Below are positions 13,812 through 25,359 of a DNA stretch of 64,000 nucleotides, in pieces. The notes beneath the pieces were generated by a model, which made no database searches, was not told the DNA's origin, and worked only from the letters and a program-made list of their open reading frames with translations. Position numbers and translations under genes: made by a program. The stretch's first letter is position 1, and every line of letters starts with the position of its first letter. Source of the stretch: Rhizophagus irregularis (taxonomy: Eukaryota); contig NC_089436.1 in NCBI RefSeq assembly GCF_026210795.1, positions 1 to 64,000 on the forward strand, in the 5' to 3' direction.

Positions 13812-16156
13812 TTTCAATATAACAATGTATTTGTTTCAATATTTGCTGGTGGACTATTCAAATAATTATCAAGTTCGTCAGATTGTACAAATTTGCGTTT
13901 TTGTATATATGATTTACAAGTACATTAGACGTATTAGGTGGATTGATAGTTATATATTTGAGCTGGCATATAATTTTTTTTCTATAATTCAGTAATTTGT
14001 TTTTTATATATTTCAATATAATCATCAAACCCATTTTCGTGATAATATTCCATTTTATTTTTTGGATCTAAAACTGTTTAAATGATTTAAATATTTAATA
14101 TAATTGTTATTTATTATAATATTATTAATATAAAAAATATTTAAACTCATATATATTATATAATATATACATACTAGTTGAAATTATATATACAAGTCCA
14201 TCAGATGTTGGATAATAGCGTAATAGTTTTTCCTTTGCATTGTTAGCAGCTATAACAACATCTTCTGAAGGTTTTTTTTTGATCAATAAAATCCTCAATT
14301 ATATCAAGTAAATAATTATAGATCGGAATTGTTTGACATAAGGTAAGGTGATTTGCTTCACTCATTGCAAGGGTTGCTGTTTGAAAACACTAACAATAAA
14401 TTTAAATTTTATTAAATATATAATAAATTAATAATATATTAAATCATTAATAAAAAATTAAAAATAATGGAATTATATATATTTACATACTTCCATTAAA
14501 CTTTCAACTTCCTGGATTCTATTCCAGTCTTCATCTGATAATAAATAAATTTTCAATTCATTATCTGCTGATGCCATATAATGTAATGGCTAATAATAAT
14601 AATAAAAAAAAAAAATCACTATTAATTTAAAATGACAAAATCTAAGTAAAATTATTGACTTTACCTCACGTAAATATAATGCCCTATTCATTATCATGTA
14701 AGTAGAATTCCAGCGTGTTCTTATATCGGGTATTAATTCAAGATCTTTGATTTTTAAAACAGTACATTGCATACTGAAACGTTCCCGTCTTTGGGGTGAA
14801 GCTCTAATTTTAGTTACTAAGATTCTTAACTACATTTAATAAAATATAATTGATAAATATTGAAGTATTAATGTAAAATGTATTATATACAAATAATGAA
14901 TTAAATGAAATTATAAACCTTACTTTCGCAATAACTCCAACAGGAACTTTGTTATTTAATACTTCTTCTTCACTATCAGGGCCTGTTCCTTTTAGGGACT
15001 TTAGAGCATCTTGAGCTGCTAAATTAATGATATGTGCAAAGCAGCGTACGCGTTGATGCTCAATATCAAATGTGACATTGTTTTCATTGCACATTTTCTT
15101 AAAATAATCAAAGAACGTATTCATGTTGGATGCATTGTCACTAGTAACACCTAATAGCTATAAAAAATAAAAAATTAATACAATATTATAAGTTTGTTAT
15201 AATATGTTATATGTGAAAATACCAACTTTTGTTAAAAGTTTGTAGTTTTTCAATACTTGAAAGAACGCAATAGCTAAATTTTCCCTGGAATGGGGCCTTT
15301 TAAATGATAAAATTCAAGTGTAATTTTTTTAAGCTTCCAATTTTCACTAATCCAATGAGCTGTAATTCCAAGGAATGGAATCTGGTTTTTTGACGTCCAC
15401 GCGTCAAGAGTAAATGAAATTTGCCCAGGCACATTTTGCAATTCCTCTAGTATAAAAGTTTGCTTATCATTGAATGCTTGGTGAATATCTTTGCATATGG
15501 TAACAGTGGATGGAATAGTGGCTTCACGATTGAGTCTTTTTATCATTAATTTAAAATGATCATCCTCTACAACGGTAAAAGGTTGATCATTTACAACCAC
15601 CCATTTGATTAAATCATTACACCAATTATCTTGTGTAAATTTCTGTAATTAAATACATATATGGTTATTAATTATCTAAAACTAGTAATTAACGAAAAAA
15701 TAATAATAAATTAATAATACGTACTAGTTCATCTGCTTGTTTTACGAACTTATCCATTGCTTCTACTACTACTTTCTTTTCACCAGAAATTAAATTACTA
15801 TGTTTATTTCTAAGATGTTCTATAAGTGTAGAAGTTGAGCCATCTTTCGATGCTTTATAGGTTATACTAAAAAGAATAATCGAAAATAAGCTACTTTTTT
15901 AAATTTAAATTTACAATTATAATTATAAAAATCAAAAACATAAACTTTACCTGCAGTAGATACAAGAATAAGTATTATTTTGTTTATTTAAGGTAAAGTT
16001 CAAATGAGCAACAGATGTTTTTTTTTTATATCTTCCAATTATAATTTTTTGATTCTCATTGCCTAATTCATTATTTACTTGTTTAGGTTCAGTTTCATCA
16101 CCTTCTATATCAAATCCATCTATATCGGTATTAATCACAGGTCGAACAGATGTCAT
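13812..16156 (-). pseudogene. hAT (Ac-type) transposase with BED zinc finger, 3'-truncated
   Basis: YSCIYC...GSTSTLIEHLRNKH (BED finger); DQPFTVVED; ISFTLDAWTS; GVTSDNASNM; RCFAHIINLAAQ; PDIRTRWNSTY; LDPKNK; ELDNYL (start of the dimerization domain). About 9 GT-AG introns. Confidence 0.92.
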
Positions 16157-16339
16157 TGTCACAAAATTTGCCTGGAATTTTTCTGGCAAATTGAGAATTA
16201 TCCCGGTAAATTGGGGTAAATTGGGTTACAATTTTGGGATAATGGAGGACTTACAATTTGGCAAATTTTGTCAAAATGGCAGAATTCCTACAGAATTCCT
16301 AATTCAAATGTTGAGAAATTTTTCAGTAAATTATCATTA

Positions 16340-17230
16340 AATTGTGGGAAATTTTAGGCAAATCTTTAGTAATTTTATGCAAACGAAGTGCAAATTGTGG
16401 TGAATTTAGTTAAATTTTTAGTAATTTTATGCAAATGTAATGTAAATTGTGGTGAATTTTAGGCAAATTTTAGTAATTTTATGCAAACGTAATGCAAAGT
16501 GGTGAATTTGGTTAAATTTTTAGAAATGTTATGTAAACGAAGTGCAAATTGTGGTGAATTTAGTTAAATTTTTAGTAATTTTATGTAAACGAAGTGCAAA
16601 TTGTGGTGAATTTAGTTAAATTTTTAGTAATTTTATGCAAATGTAATGTAAATTGTGGTGAATTTTAGGCAAATTTTTAGTAATTTTATGCAAACGTAAT
16701 GCAAATTGTGGTGAATTTAGTTAAATTTTTAGAAATGTTATGTAAACGAAGTGCAAATTGTGGTGAATTTAGTTAAATTTTTAGTAATTTTATGTAAACG
16801 AAGTGCAAATTGTGGTGAATTTAGTTAAATTTTTAGTAATTTTATGCAAATGTAATGTAAATTGTGGTGAATTTTAGGCAAATTTTTAGTAATTTTATGC
16901 AAACGTAATGCAAATTGTGGTGAATTTAGTTAAATTTTTAGAAATGTTATGTAAACGAAGTGCAAATTGTGGTGAATTTAGTTAAATTTTTAGTAATTTT
17001 ATGTAAACGAAGTGCAAATTGTGGTGAATTTAGTTAAATTTTTAGTAATTTTATGTAAACGTAATGCAAATTGTGGTGAATTTAGTAAATGTAATGCAAA
17101 TTGTGGTGAATTTAGTCAAATTTTTAGTAATGTTATGTAAACGTAATGTAAATTGTGATAAATTATAGTAAATTTTTAGTAATTTTATATAAACGTAATG
17201 CAAATTGTGGTAAATTATAGTGTATTTTTA
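16340..17230. repeat. ~51-bp satellite
   Basis: About 16 copies of TTTTTAGTAATTTTATG(C/T)AAACG(A/T)A(G/A)TGCAAATTGTGGTGAATTTAGTTAAA, with higher-order periodicity. Confidence 0.95.
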
Positions 17231-17679
17231 GTAATGTTATATAAATTGTTGAAAATTTAGGAGGATTTTTCAGCAATGTTGTGCAAACGTAATGCAAATT
17301 GTGAAAAATTGTGGTTAATTTTGCATTTTTTCGGTAAATGTTAGCTAAATTTTTGAATAATTTAGTGAAATTTAGGATAATTTCGGATAATTGAGTGAAA
17401 ATGTTTTACCGATTTTGAACAATTGAGTGTAAACAGTATAAATGCAACATTTTCGGAGACAATTTAGTGAAATTTTGCAATAATTTTGGACAATTAAGTG
17501 AAATTTTGCAATAATTTCGGACAATTGAGTGAAATTTAGTAATAATTTTAAACAATTTAGTGTAAACGTTATAACAATTTAAAACATTGATTTAATAATT
17601 TTACATAATTTATTACAATATTATTTATTAACAAATGCACAATTATTATTTAATAATAAGAATCTATATTAATTTATAT

Positions 17680-20095
17680 TCATCAGATATCCAATAATCC
17701 ATAGGTAATCCGCACCTCTAATTCATTCATGTATCTAATGTCTGATGCCAAGTAGAAGCTGGCGAAAACCTACAAAAAAAGTAAAGAAACGTTAGTTAAC
17801 GTTTCTTAAAAAAAAATTAATAAAAGTTTCACAACCAATGTTGCGAAACTCACCGGTTCGTTTTGAGTTCCATTATCCAAACGTCTGGAACCTACAAAAA
17901 GTAAAAAAGAAACGTTAGGTAATGTTTCTTTTTAAAAAAAAAAGAATAAAAATTAAGTTTCGCAACACAATGTTGCGAAACTTACCGGTTCGTTTCGATT
18001 TCCATTATCCAAACGTCCGGAACCTACAAAAAGTAAAAAAGAAATGTTAGTTATCATTTCTTTTAATAAAAAAAAACAAAAATTAAGTTTCGCAATGTAA
18101 CATTGCGAAACTTACTGGTCGTTTCCATCATTCTAACGTCCGAACCTACAAAAGTAAAAAAGTTAAACGTAATATAAACGTTTCTTTTAATAAAAAAACA
18201 AAATTAAGTTTCGCAATGTAACATTGCGAAACTTACCGGTCGTTTCCATCATTCTAACGTCCGGAACCTACAAAAAGTAAAAAAGAAACGTTAATATAAA
18301 TGTTTCTTTTAAAAAAAAAGAATAAAATTAAGTTTCGCAACACAATGTTGCCAAACTTACCGGTTCGTTTCGATTTCCATTATCCAAACGTCCGGAACCT
18401 ACAAAAATTAAAAGAAAGAAACGTTTAGTATCATTTCTTTAAAAAAAAATAATTAAAAAAATAAGTTTCGCAATACAATATTGCGAAACTCACCGGTTCG
18501 TTTCGATTTCCATTATCCAAACGTCCGGAACCTACAAAAATTAAAAGAAACGTACGTTAATATCGTTTCTTTAAAAAAAAAATTAAAATTAAGTTTCGCA
18601 ACAATTGTTGCGAAACTTACCAGTTCGTTTCGAGTTTCAAACGTCCGGAACCTACAAAAAAAAAGAAAGAAACGTTAGTTAACGTTTCTTTTAATAAAAA
18701 AATTAAAAATTAAGTTTCGCAACGATTCATTGCGAAACTCACCGGTTGTTTTCATCATTCTAACGTCCGGAACCTACAAAAAGTAAAAAAGAAACGTTAT
18801 AAATATAAACGTTTCTTTTTAAAAAAAAAGAATAAAATTAAGTTTCGCAATGTAACATTGCGAAACTTACCGGTCATTTTCATCATTCTAACGTCCGAAC
18901 CTACAAAAGTAAAAAAAGAAACGTTAATATAAACGTTTCTTTTAAAAAAAAAGAATAAAATTAAGTTTCGCAATGTAACATTGCGAAACTTACCAGTCGT
19001 TTCCATCATTCTAACGTCCGGAACCTACAAAAAGTAAAAAAGAAACGTTAATATAAACGTTTCTTTTAAAAAAAAAAAAGAATATAATTAAGTTTCGCAA
19101 CACAATGTTACGAAACTTACCGGTTCGTTTCGATTTCCATTATCCAAACATCTGGAACCTACAAAAAAAAAGAAAGAAACGTTAGTTAACGTTTCTTTTA
19201 ATAAAAAAATTAAAAAATTAAGTTTCGCAACGATTCGTTGTGAAACTCACCGTTCGTTTCATCTAAACGTCCAGAACCTACAAAAGAAGGAAAGAAACGT
19301 TAGTTAACGTTTCTTTTAATAAAAAAAAAATTTAACAAAAAAAAGAAAATATTACCTTTCTTCCAAAGTCCGGGTCGTAATTTCGTCCGGCATTCCTACA
19401 AAAGAAGAAAGGAAACGTTAGAAACGTTTCCTAAAAGAAATTAAAAAAAGTAAGTTTCGAACACGAAACTTACCATTTCACTTTCCGAAGTTGAAGACCT
19501 ACACAAAAGAAAAATAGGAAACGTTAGAAACGTTTCCTTACAAAAAAGAATTAAAAAAATTTTTTTTTAAAAAAGTTTTGAAGCGAACGCTTCGAAACTT
19601 ACCATTTTTCGTTTTCTCGTTTTCTAAGTCAAAAATACCGAAAGACCTAAAAAAAAAATAAAGGATCGTTAAAAACGATCCTTATAAAAGCAAAAAAAAA
19701 AAAAATTTATTTTAAAGTTTCAAGCGAAACGCTTCGAAACTTACCATAATTTCAGTTCGTTTCCCAAAGTCAAAACATCGAAAATCCTACAAAAAAGAAA
19801 GAAAGGAAACGTTAGAAACGTTTCCTTACAACAAAGAATTAAAAAAAAAAATTAAAATTTAAAAAAGTTTTGAAGCGTTTCGCTTTGAAACTTACCATTG
19901 TTTTTCTGAAAGACGGTTCCGGGAAGGGGAAAGGGAATGGGAAAGGAGAACGAAAGAAAAAAGAGGAGAAAACAAAAGAGAAGGGGAGAACGAAAGGGAA
20001 AGGGGGAAATGAAACGAAAAGGGAAGGGGAGAACGAAAGGGAAAGAGGAAGGGAGGAAGGTGAAATGGTGAAAGAAAGGAGAAGTAAAGGCCGTG
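17680..20095 (-). other. Putative multi-micro-exon transcript: 18 exons, 17 double-hairpin spliceosomal introns
   Basis: 17 donors (GTAAGT/GTGAGT, one GTAATA) alternate with 17 pyrimidine-rich TAG acceptors, with a TAAC-type branch motif ~20-25 nt upstream. Introns are about 78-109 nt and internal exons 25-44 nt. The first exon is CT-rich (~19896-20095) and the last exon is unique (from 17769 leftwards). Splicing is predicted, not demonstrated. Confidence 0.75.
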
Positions 20096-20097
20096 AG

Positions 20098-20235
20098 AAA
20101 AAAAAATTAAGCTTTTGCTAAAAAAAGCTTAATTTTTTTTTTTCGTTATACCGCAGCGGTAATTATTAAGTAATATCACGTGACACACGTGATATATAAT
20201 TTTATATAAATAGGGGCTTTCCCCCGCCCCGGAAT
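20098..20235. promoter_or_regulatory. Cluster of short palindromes with two CACGTG boxes, upstream of the micro-exon transcript
   Basis: AAAAAAATTAAGCTTTT..AAAAGCTTAATTTTTTT; TACCGC-A-GCGGTA; ATATCACGTG-ACA-CACGTGATAT; GGGGC..GCCCC. Confidence 0.4.
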
Positions 20236-20599
20236 TTTTCTTTTTTTATTTAATAATTTTAAATAGATGTATATATATGCTTATATATACATATATATAT
20301 ATCTATTAACTAATACTTTACGAAAAGTTCCCTCCTCTGTAAACAGGTAGAGGCCATAAAGTATCTATAGGGGGAGAGCCATTGCTGCTCCCTCCGCCTG
20401 TTTATAGTGACAAAAAGAGGGAGTCTTCAGTAGTAAGGTTTAGTATTAAATTACATCACAACACATCGTGTTGATACATTGTTAATATTAACAATGTGTT
20501 TAATGTTAAATAATGCGTTTAAAATATAAATATTATAAATTTAATAATGTACGTAATTAAATAAATAAAAATTATCATCAATTTTTAATGTAATTAAGT

Positions 20600-21691
20600 G
20601 TAATGCTACGTTATCCAATGTAATTGTAGTATTTTTTTTGTGTTTTTTAGTGCAATTCCGCGTTTTTTAGTGCAATTCCGCATTTTCTAGCATAATGTTA
20701 CATTTTCCAGTATAACGCGAAATTTTCTAAAAAAAAATGATAATTGTGGTACTTTTTAGTGTAATGCTACATTGTCTAGTGCAATTGTGGTATTTTTTAG
20801 TGCAATTCCGAATTTCTAGCATAATGTTACATTTTCCAGCATAATAACGAAATTTTCTAAAAAATATGATAATTGTGGTACTTTTTAGTGTAATGCTACA
20901 TTGTCTAGTGTAATTGTGGTATTTTTTAGTGCAATGCCACATAATCTAGTATAGTGCTACATTTTTTAGTATAATTTAATGTAATGTGGAATTTTCCAAA
21001 AAATGAGATAATTGTGATGCTTTTTAGTGTAATTTGGTGAAATGCTACATTTGATGTAATGCTATATTACTGAGCATTTTCAAAAAAAAATGTAAAATCT
21101 TAACATTTTGACGAAAATGAAACATTTTGACCAAAAAAACGTAAAATTTGCTGAAAATATGCAACATTTGACAGAAAATATAGAATTTTCGTAAAAAAAT
21201 ACAGCCATTTGCAAGAAAATCGGAATATTTGACAAAATTTGACAATGTTACAACAATTTTATGAAATGTTGTTACAATGATATCACATTGAAGATAAAAT
21301 GTGGCATTTTCATAAAAATGCACTATTTGCAAGAAAATTGGAACATTTGACAAAAAAAAAGCAAAATTTGATTTTAATTGACAATGTTATAACAATTTTA
21401 TTAAATGTTATTACATTTGAGGTAAAATGTGAAATTTTCATAAAAATGCACCATTTGCAAGAAAATTGGAACATTTGACAAAAAAAAAGCAAAATTTGAT
21501 TTTAATGACAATGTTATAACAATGTTACGAAATGTTACAAAAATGTTACATTTGAGATATAATGTAGCATTTTCCCAAAATTTCATAAGATTTGCTAAAT
21601 CGGACAATGTTGTAACAATGCTATTCCAAAAAATTGCTCAGCGTAATGCAGCATTTTCCACAATTTCCCACCATTTTTCAGAAGAATGGGG
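20600..21691. repeat. Two complex tandem-repeat blocks ending in a possible CCC-type transposon terminus
   Basis: ~120-bp duplication at 20670-20935 and ~130-bp units at 21200-21560; abrupt end ...GAAGAATGGGG|TA. No partner TIR found. Confidence 0.65.
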
Positions 21692-22148
21692 TACTACATT
21701 TGAATTTTGAATGATAGCGCGCCGACACATTGAATATCGCCAAATCAAAAGAACCGGCTGAACCACTTAGTACTAGCCATGAAAATAAATTTATAAATAA
21801 ATTTATTTAAATTATTATATAAAGTGAATCAAGGTTATTAGATGAATTGTTATCGTGTTTGCGAGGATGTAACTCTAAAGTTTTAGTATCGTCAGATGTA
21901 TGCTGTGATATATAATAAATAAATAAAATAAATAAAATAAAATAAATAAATAAGATAAAATAAATATATCAAATAAATAAAATATAACAAATAAAATAAA
22001 TAAAATTAATAAAATAAATAAATCAAATATATCAAATTTATCAGATTTATCAAATAAATCAAGAAAATCGAAAAAATCAAGGGATCTACGAAATGATCTA
22101 CAAAATTGATCTACATAAAATTACTGCGCCACATTTCTATTTTAACAA

Positions 22149-22829
22149 CGTGATAATGGAGAATCAAAAAAATTTCTAAGACAATTACACGTAAAGGTAT
22201 TTTTGCATTTGATAAGCTAAATATATTAAAAAAAAGTTAAAAATTAATAATGATATTATCATTAAAAAATTTAGGTACAAGAAATGGTAAAAACAAGCCA
22301 ATATTGGTTAATTCAACCAATATTAAAGCTGAAAGTTTACAACCAAAAAGAAAAGGACAATTTGCATCAACTAGAAATTCTAAACAATGCAAAATTACTG
22401 AAAATAATACTGAAAATATTGATTTTGATATAGAAAAAGAGAAAAATAGCCCTTAAGAAGCGTGAACTTCCAGATTTGTGTTCGAGAAATTCTGCAGCCA
22501 GAAAGGCACTTGCCAAAGCTGAAGCAATGGAGCTAATTAATTTAGAAAAAAAGAAGTCATTAGGATTACTTTAAAAAATAACATCAAATATAATTTATAT
22601 TAAAGTAATATAAATAAAATTTATAATTTCTTAAAATTTAAATTTTAGTAGTATAGAATAATAATAAAAAAATGAATCATACATACTATGATTTTTTTTT
22701 TATATAGTAATCTAAGTATGTATGTATAAATATGAATCATACATACTACTTTAAAATTATACATACGTAAATCATTCTAACCATACTATACAGAAATTTT
22801 CAATCATACTACATAACTTTCTGAAATAC
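22149..22829 (+). repeat. Direct duplication copy 1 (~670 bp; gene 3' end plus CATACTA-rich tail)
   Basis: Closely similar to 23751-24401 throughout. Confidence 0.9.
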
Positions 22830-23112
22830 CAGAAATAACTAACCAAGAAAAACGGGTATATAGTAAATCAGTATAGTATGATTCATAAATTTAGTATGTA
22901 TGATAAGACAAATTACCATACTAAGATAATATACATGAATATTATACTATGTGACACAATAAATATTATACTAAAATATTTTATATGATACAATGAAACA
23001 CGTGCAATAAACAATAACATCAGATATAACCTCTCTATCATAGGCTTTTATAATTACATGAAAAAATTTTTTTCTCTATGGGCAAAAAATATTTCTATCC
23101 AAAATAATAAAA

Positions 23113-24149
23113 ATGAGTGAGAAAATAGATCTTTCAGATATAAAAAAACTTGATATTAATTATATTGAGTTAGATCCTGTAAGTAAAATATGTGAGGCTA
23201 ATTTTTTAATTTAATAAATTAATTTTCTTTTGGATTTCTTAAAGGAATATCAAGTTGAAAGTGATAGTAATACTATTGAAAGTGATAAAGATACTGATAT
23301 AAGCGATGAAGAAAAAGACTCAATTGCAATATTTTCAAGAAAGACACATGTACAAGAAATTCATTATGCCACTGTACCAATTGAATATCCAAAAACTTCA
23401 GAATATGGTGTTGCCACAGTATATAATATTACAGGTTCGAAGAATCTAAGAGACTGTTGGAAAAATGTAAGTAATTATCATTTATTAATCTGCAGCTTTA
23501 TTAATTCTATTAAAATTATTAAATACAAATAAATTTTTCTCCAGATTCAATATTCCTTAGGTGGAGGTGGTCAAAGTTCAATTAAGAACTGTCCATTCTT
23601 TGATAATATTAGCATTAAAAAAGAAGAAAGAAACTGCATTTTAATCAATTATTTTCTTTATTTTTTAATATCATTAGAGGACATAAAGTTGATTAAAAAG
23701 CTTTAAAAACAATGGAAACTGAAAATAAATTTGGAGTTCCCTATTCAAGGCGTGATAATGAAGAAGTCAAAAAAATTTCTAAGGCAATTACACGTAAAGG
23801 TATTTTTGCATTTGATAAGCTTAATATATTAAAAAAAAGTTAAAAATTAATAATGGTATTATCATTAATAAATTTAGGTACAAGAAATGGTAAAAATAAG
23901 CAAATTTTGGTTGATTCAACCAATATTAAAGCTGAAAGCTCGCATCAACTAGAAATTCTAAACAATGCAAAATTACTGAAAATAATACTGAAAATATTGA
24001 TTTTGATATAGAAGAGAGAAAAATAGCCCTTAAGGAGCGTGAACTTCAGATTTGTGTTCAAGAGGCTGCAGCCAGAAAGGCACTTGCTGAAGCTGAAGCA
24101 ATGGAGCCAATTAATTTAGAAAAAAAAGAAGTCATTAGGATTACTTTAA
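23113..24149 (+). pseudogene. Internally deleted gene of unknown, probably transposon-borne family
   Basis: N-terminal exons (MSEKIDLSDIKK; PIEYPKTSEYGVATVYN; IQYSLGGG...CPFF) joined at about 23640-23680 to C-terminal exons (NKFGVPYSRRD...; coiled coil REKIALKERE...ARKALAEAE). Confidence 0.45.
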
Positions 24150-24401
24150 ATAATAACATCAAATATAATTTGTATTAAAGTAATATAAATAAAGTTATAA
24201 TTTTTTAAAATTTAAATTTTAGTAGTATAGAATAATAATAAAAAAATGAATTATACATACTATGATTTTTTTTATATAGTAATCTAAGTATGTATGTATA
24301 AATATAAATCATACATACTACTTTAAAATCATACATACATAGATCATTTTAACCATACTATACAAAAATTCTCAATCATACTACATAACTTTCTGAAATA
24401 C
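23751..24401 (+). repeat. Direct duplication copy 2
   Basis: Matches 22149-22829. Confidence 0.9.
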
Positions 24402-24522
24402 TGAAGAAAAACCAAGAACAAAAGAAAGTCAACAATAACAATTGATAATGTAAGAACAAAAAAAAATAAAATTGATGGTGATGATCAAGAACATAATTCA
24501 TTTGAGATTGATACAATTTAAA

Positions 24523-24735
24523 AGGACCCCGAAATATATATGTAGAGGTCAGGTCCAGAAGTGGTCCAAAATACGCATTCTTTCAGGGCCGGAATTACGA
24601 TAATTTCAGCCATTATCTAAATTAGGAAATATTATTTTGGCTGGGATTATCCATAAAAGGAATGATCTACATGATTTTTTTGACTCATTATACGCAAACT
24701 CTGACCTGACCCTTTTATGTATATTTCGGGGTCCT
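24523..24735. mobile_element. 213-bp MITE with ~35-bp imperfect TIRs and 8-bp TSD
   Basis: AGGACCCCGAAATATA..GGTCAGGTC / GACCTGACC..TATATTTCGGGGTCCT, flanked on both sides by AATTTAAA (24515-24522, 24736-24743). Confidence 0.85.
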
Positions 24736-25359
24736 AATTTAAATTGAAGAACGAAAAATGCAATTAGCTGAAAGGCAAACAGCAAATCGTAGAGCTTTAG
24801 CAGAAGTTGAAAAACTTGAATTAGAAAATATAAAGCTACGCAAAGCATTAGAAAATTAATTTTTTTTATTTTGATTTAATAAATAAAATTGTTATATCAT
24901 GTTTATTTTAAGATACTATTTGTTATGATCATGTATTGATTGTCATGTATTATTATTTTTTGTATGCTAAAAATTCATACATGTATGGTTTATTGCAAGT
25001 CTGTATGGATTTGCATATATAGATTGAAATCCATACTGCGTAAAACCATACATACCATACAGTACATACATAAAAAACCATACCATACAGGTTTAAGTAA
25101 CACCTCATTTAACTTGTTATATCAGTTATTTAAATGCTACATGATTACGCTGTTATACTGTATTGAGTTTTATATTTGCATGATATAGCGCATGTAATAC
25201 TTTATTATTAAAATAAAACTACAAGTCTTTTTATGTATATATGTGAATATATGTGCGTGATGTAATATGATAAAGAGCAATATTATTCATAAATATTAAC
25301 AATAATTCTAACAATGAAATCAAATACAGTAGAAGAAAATCAAAGATATTATTTTTATC

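Noticed and set aside
17770..19895. CRISPR-like appearance (regular palindromic repeats with 25-44-nt intervening segments)
   Set aside because: The intervening segments are homologous to each other rather than unique spacers, the repeats are 80-110 nt with splice signals, there are no cas genes, and the context is eukaryotic.
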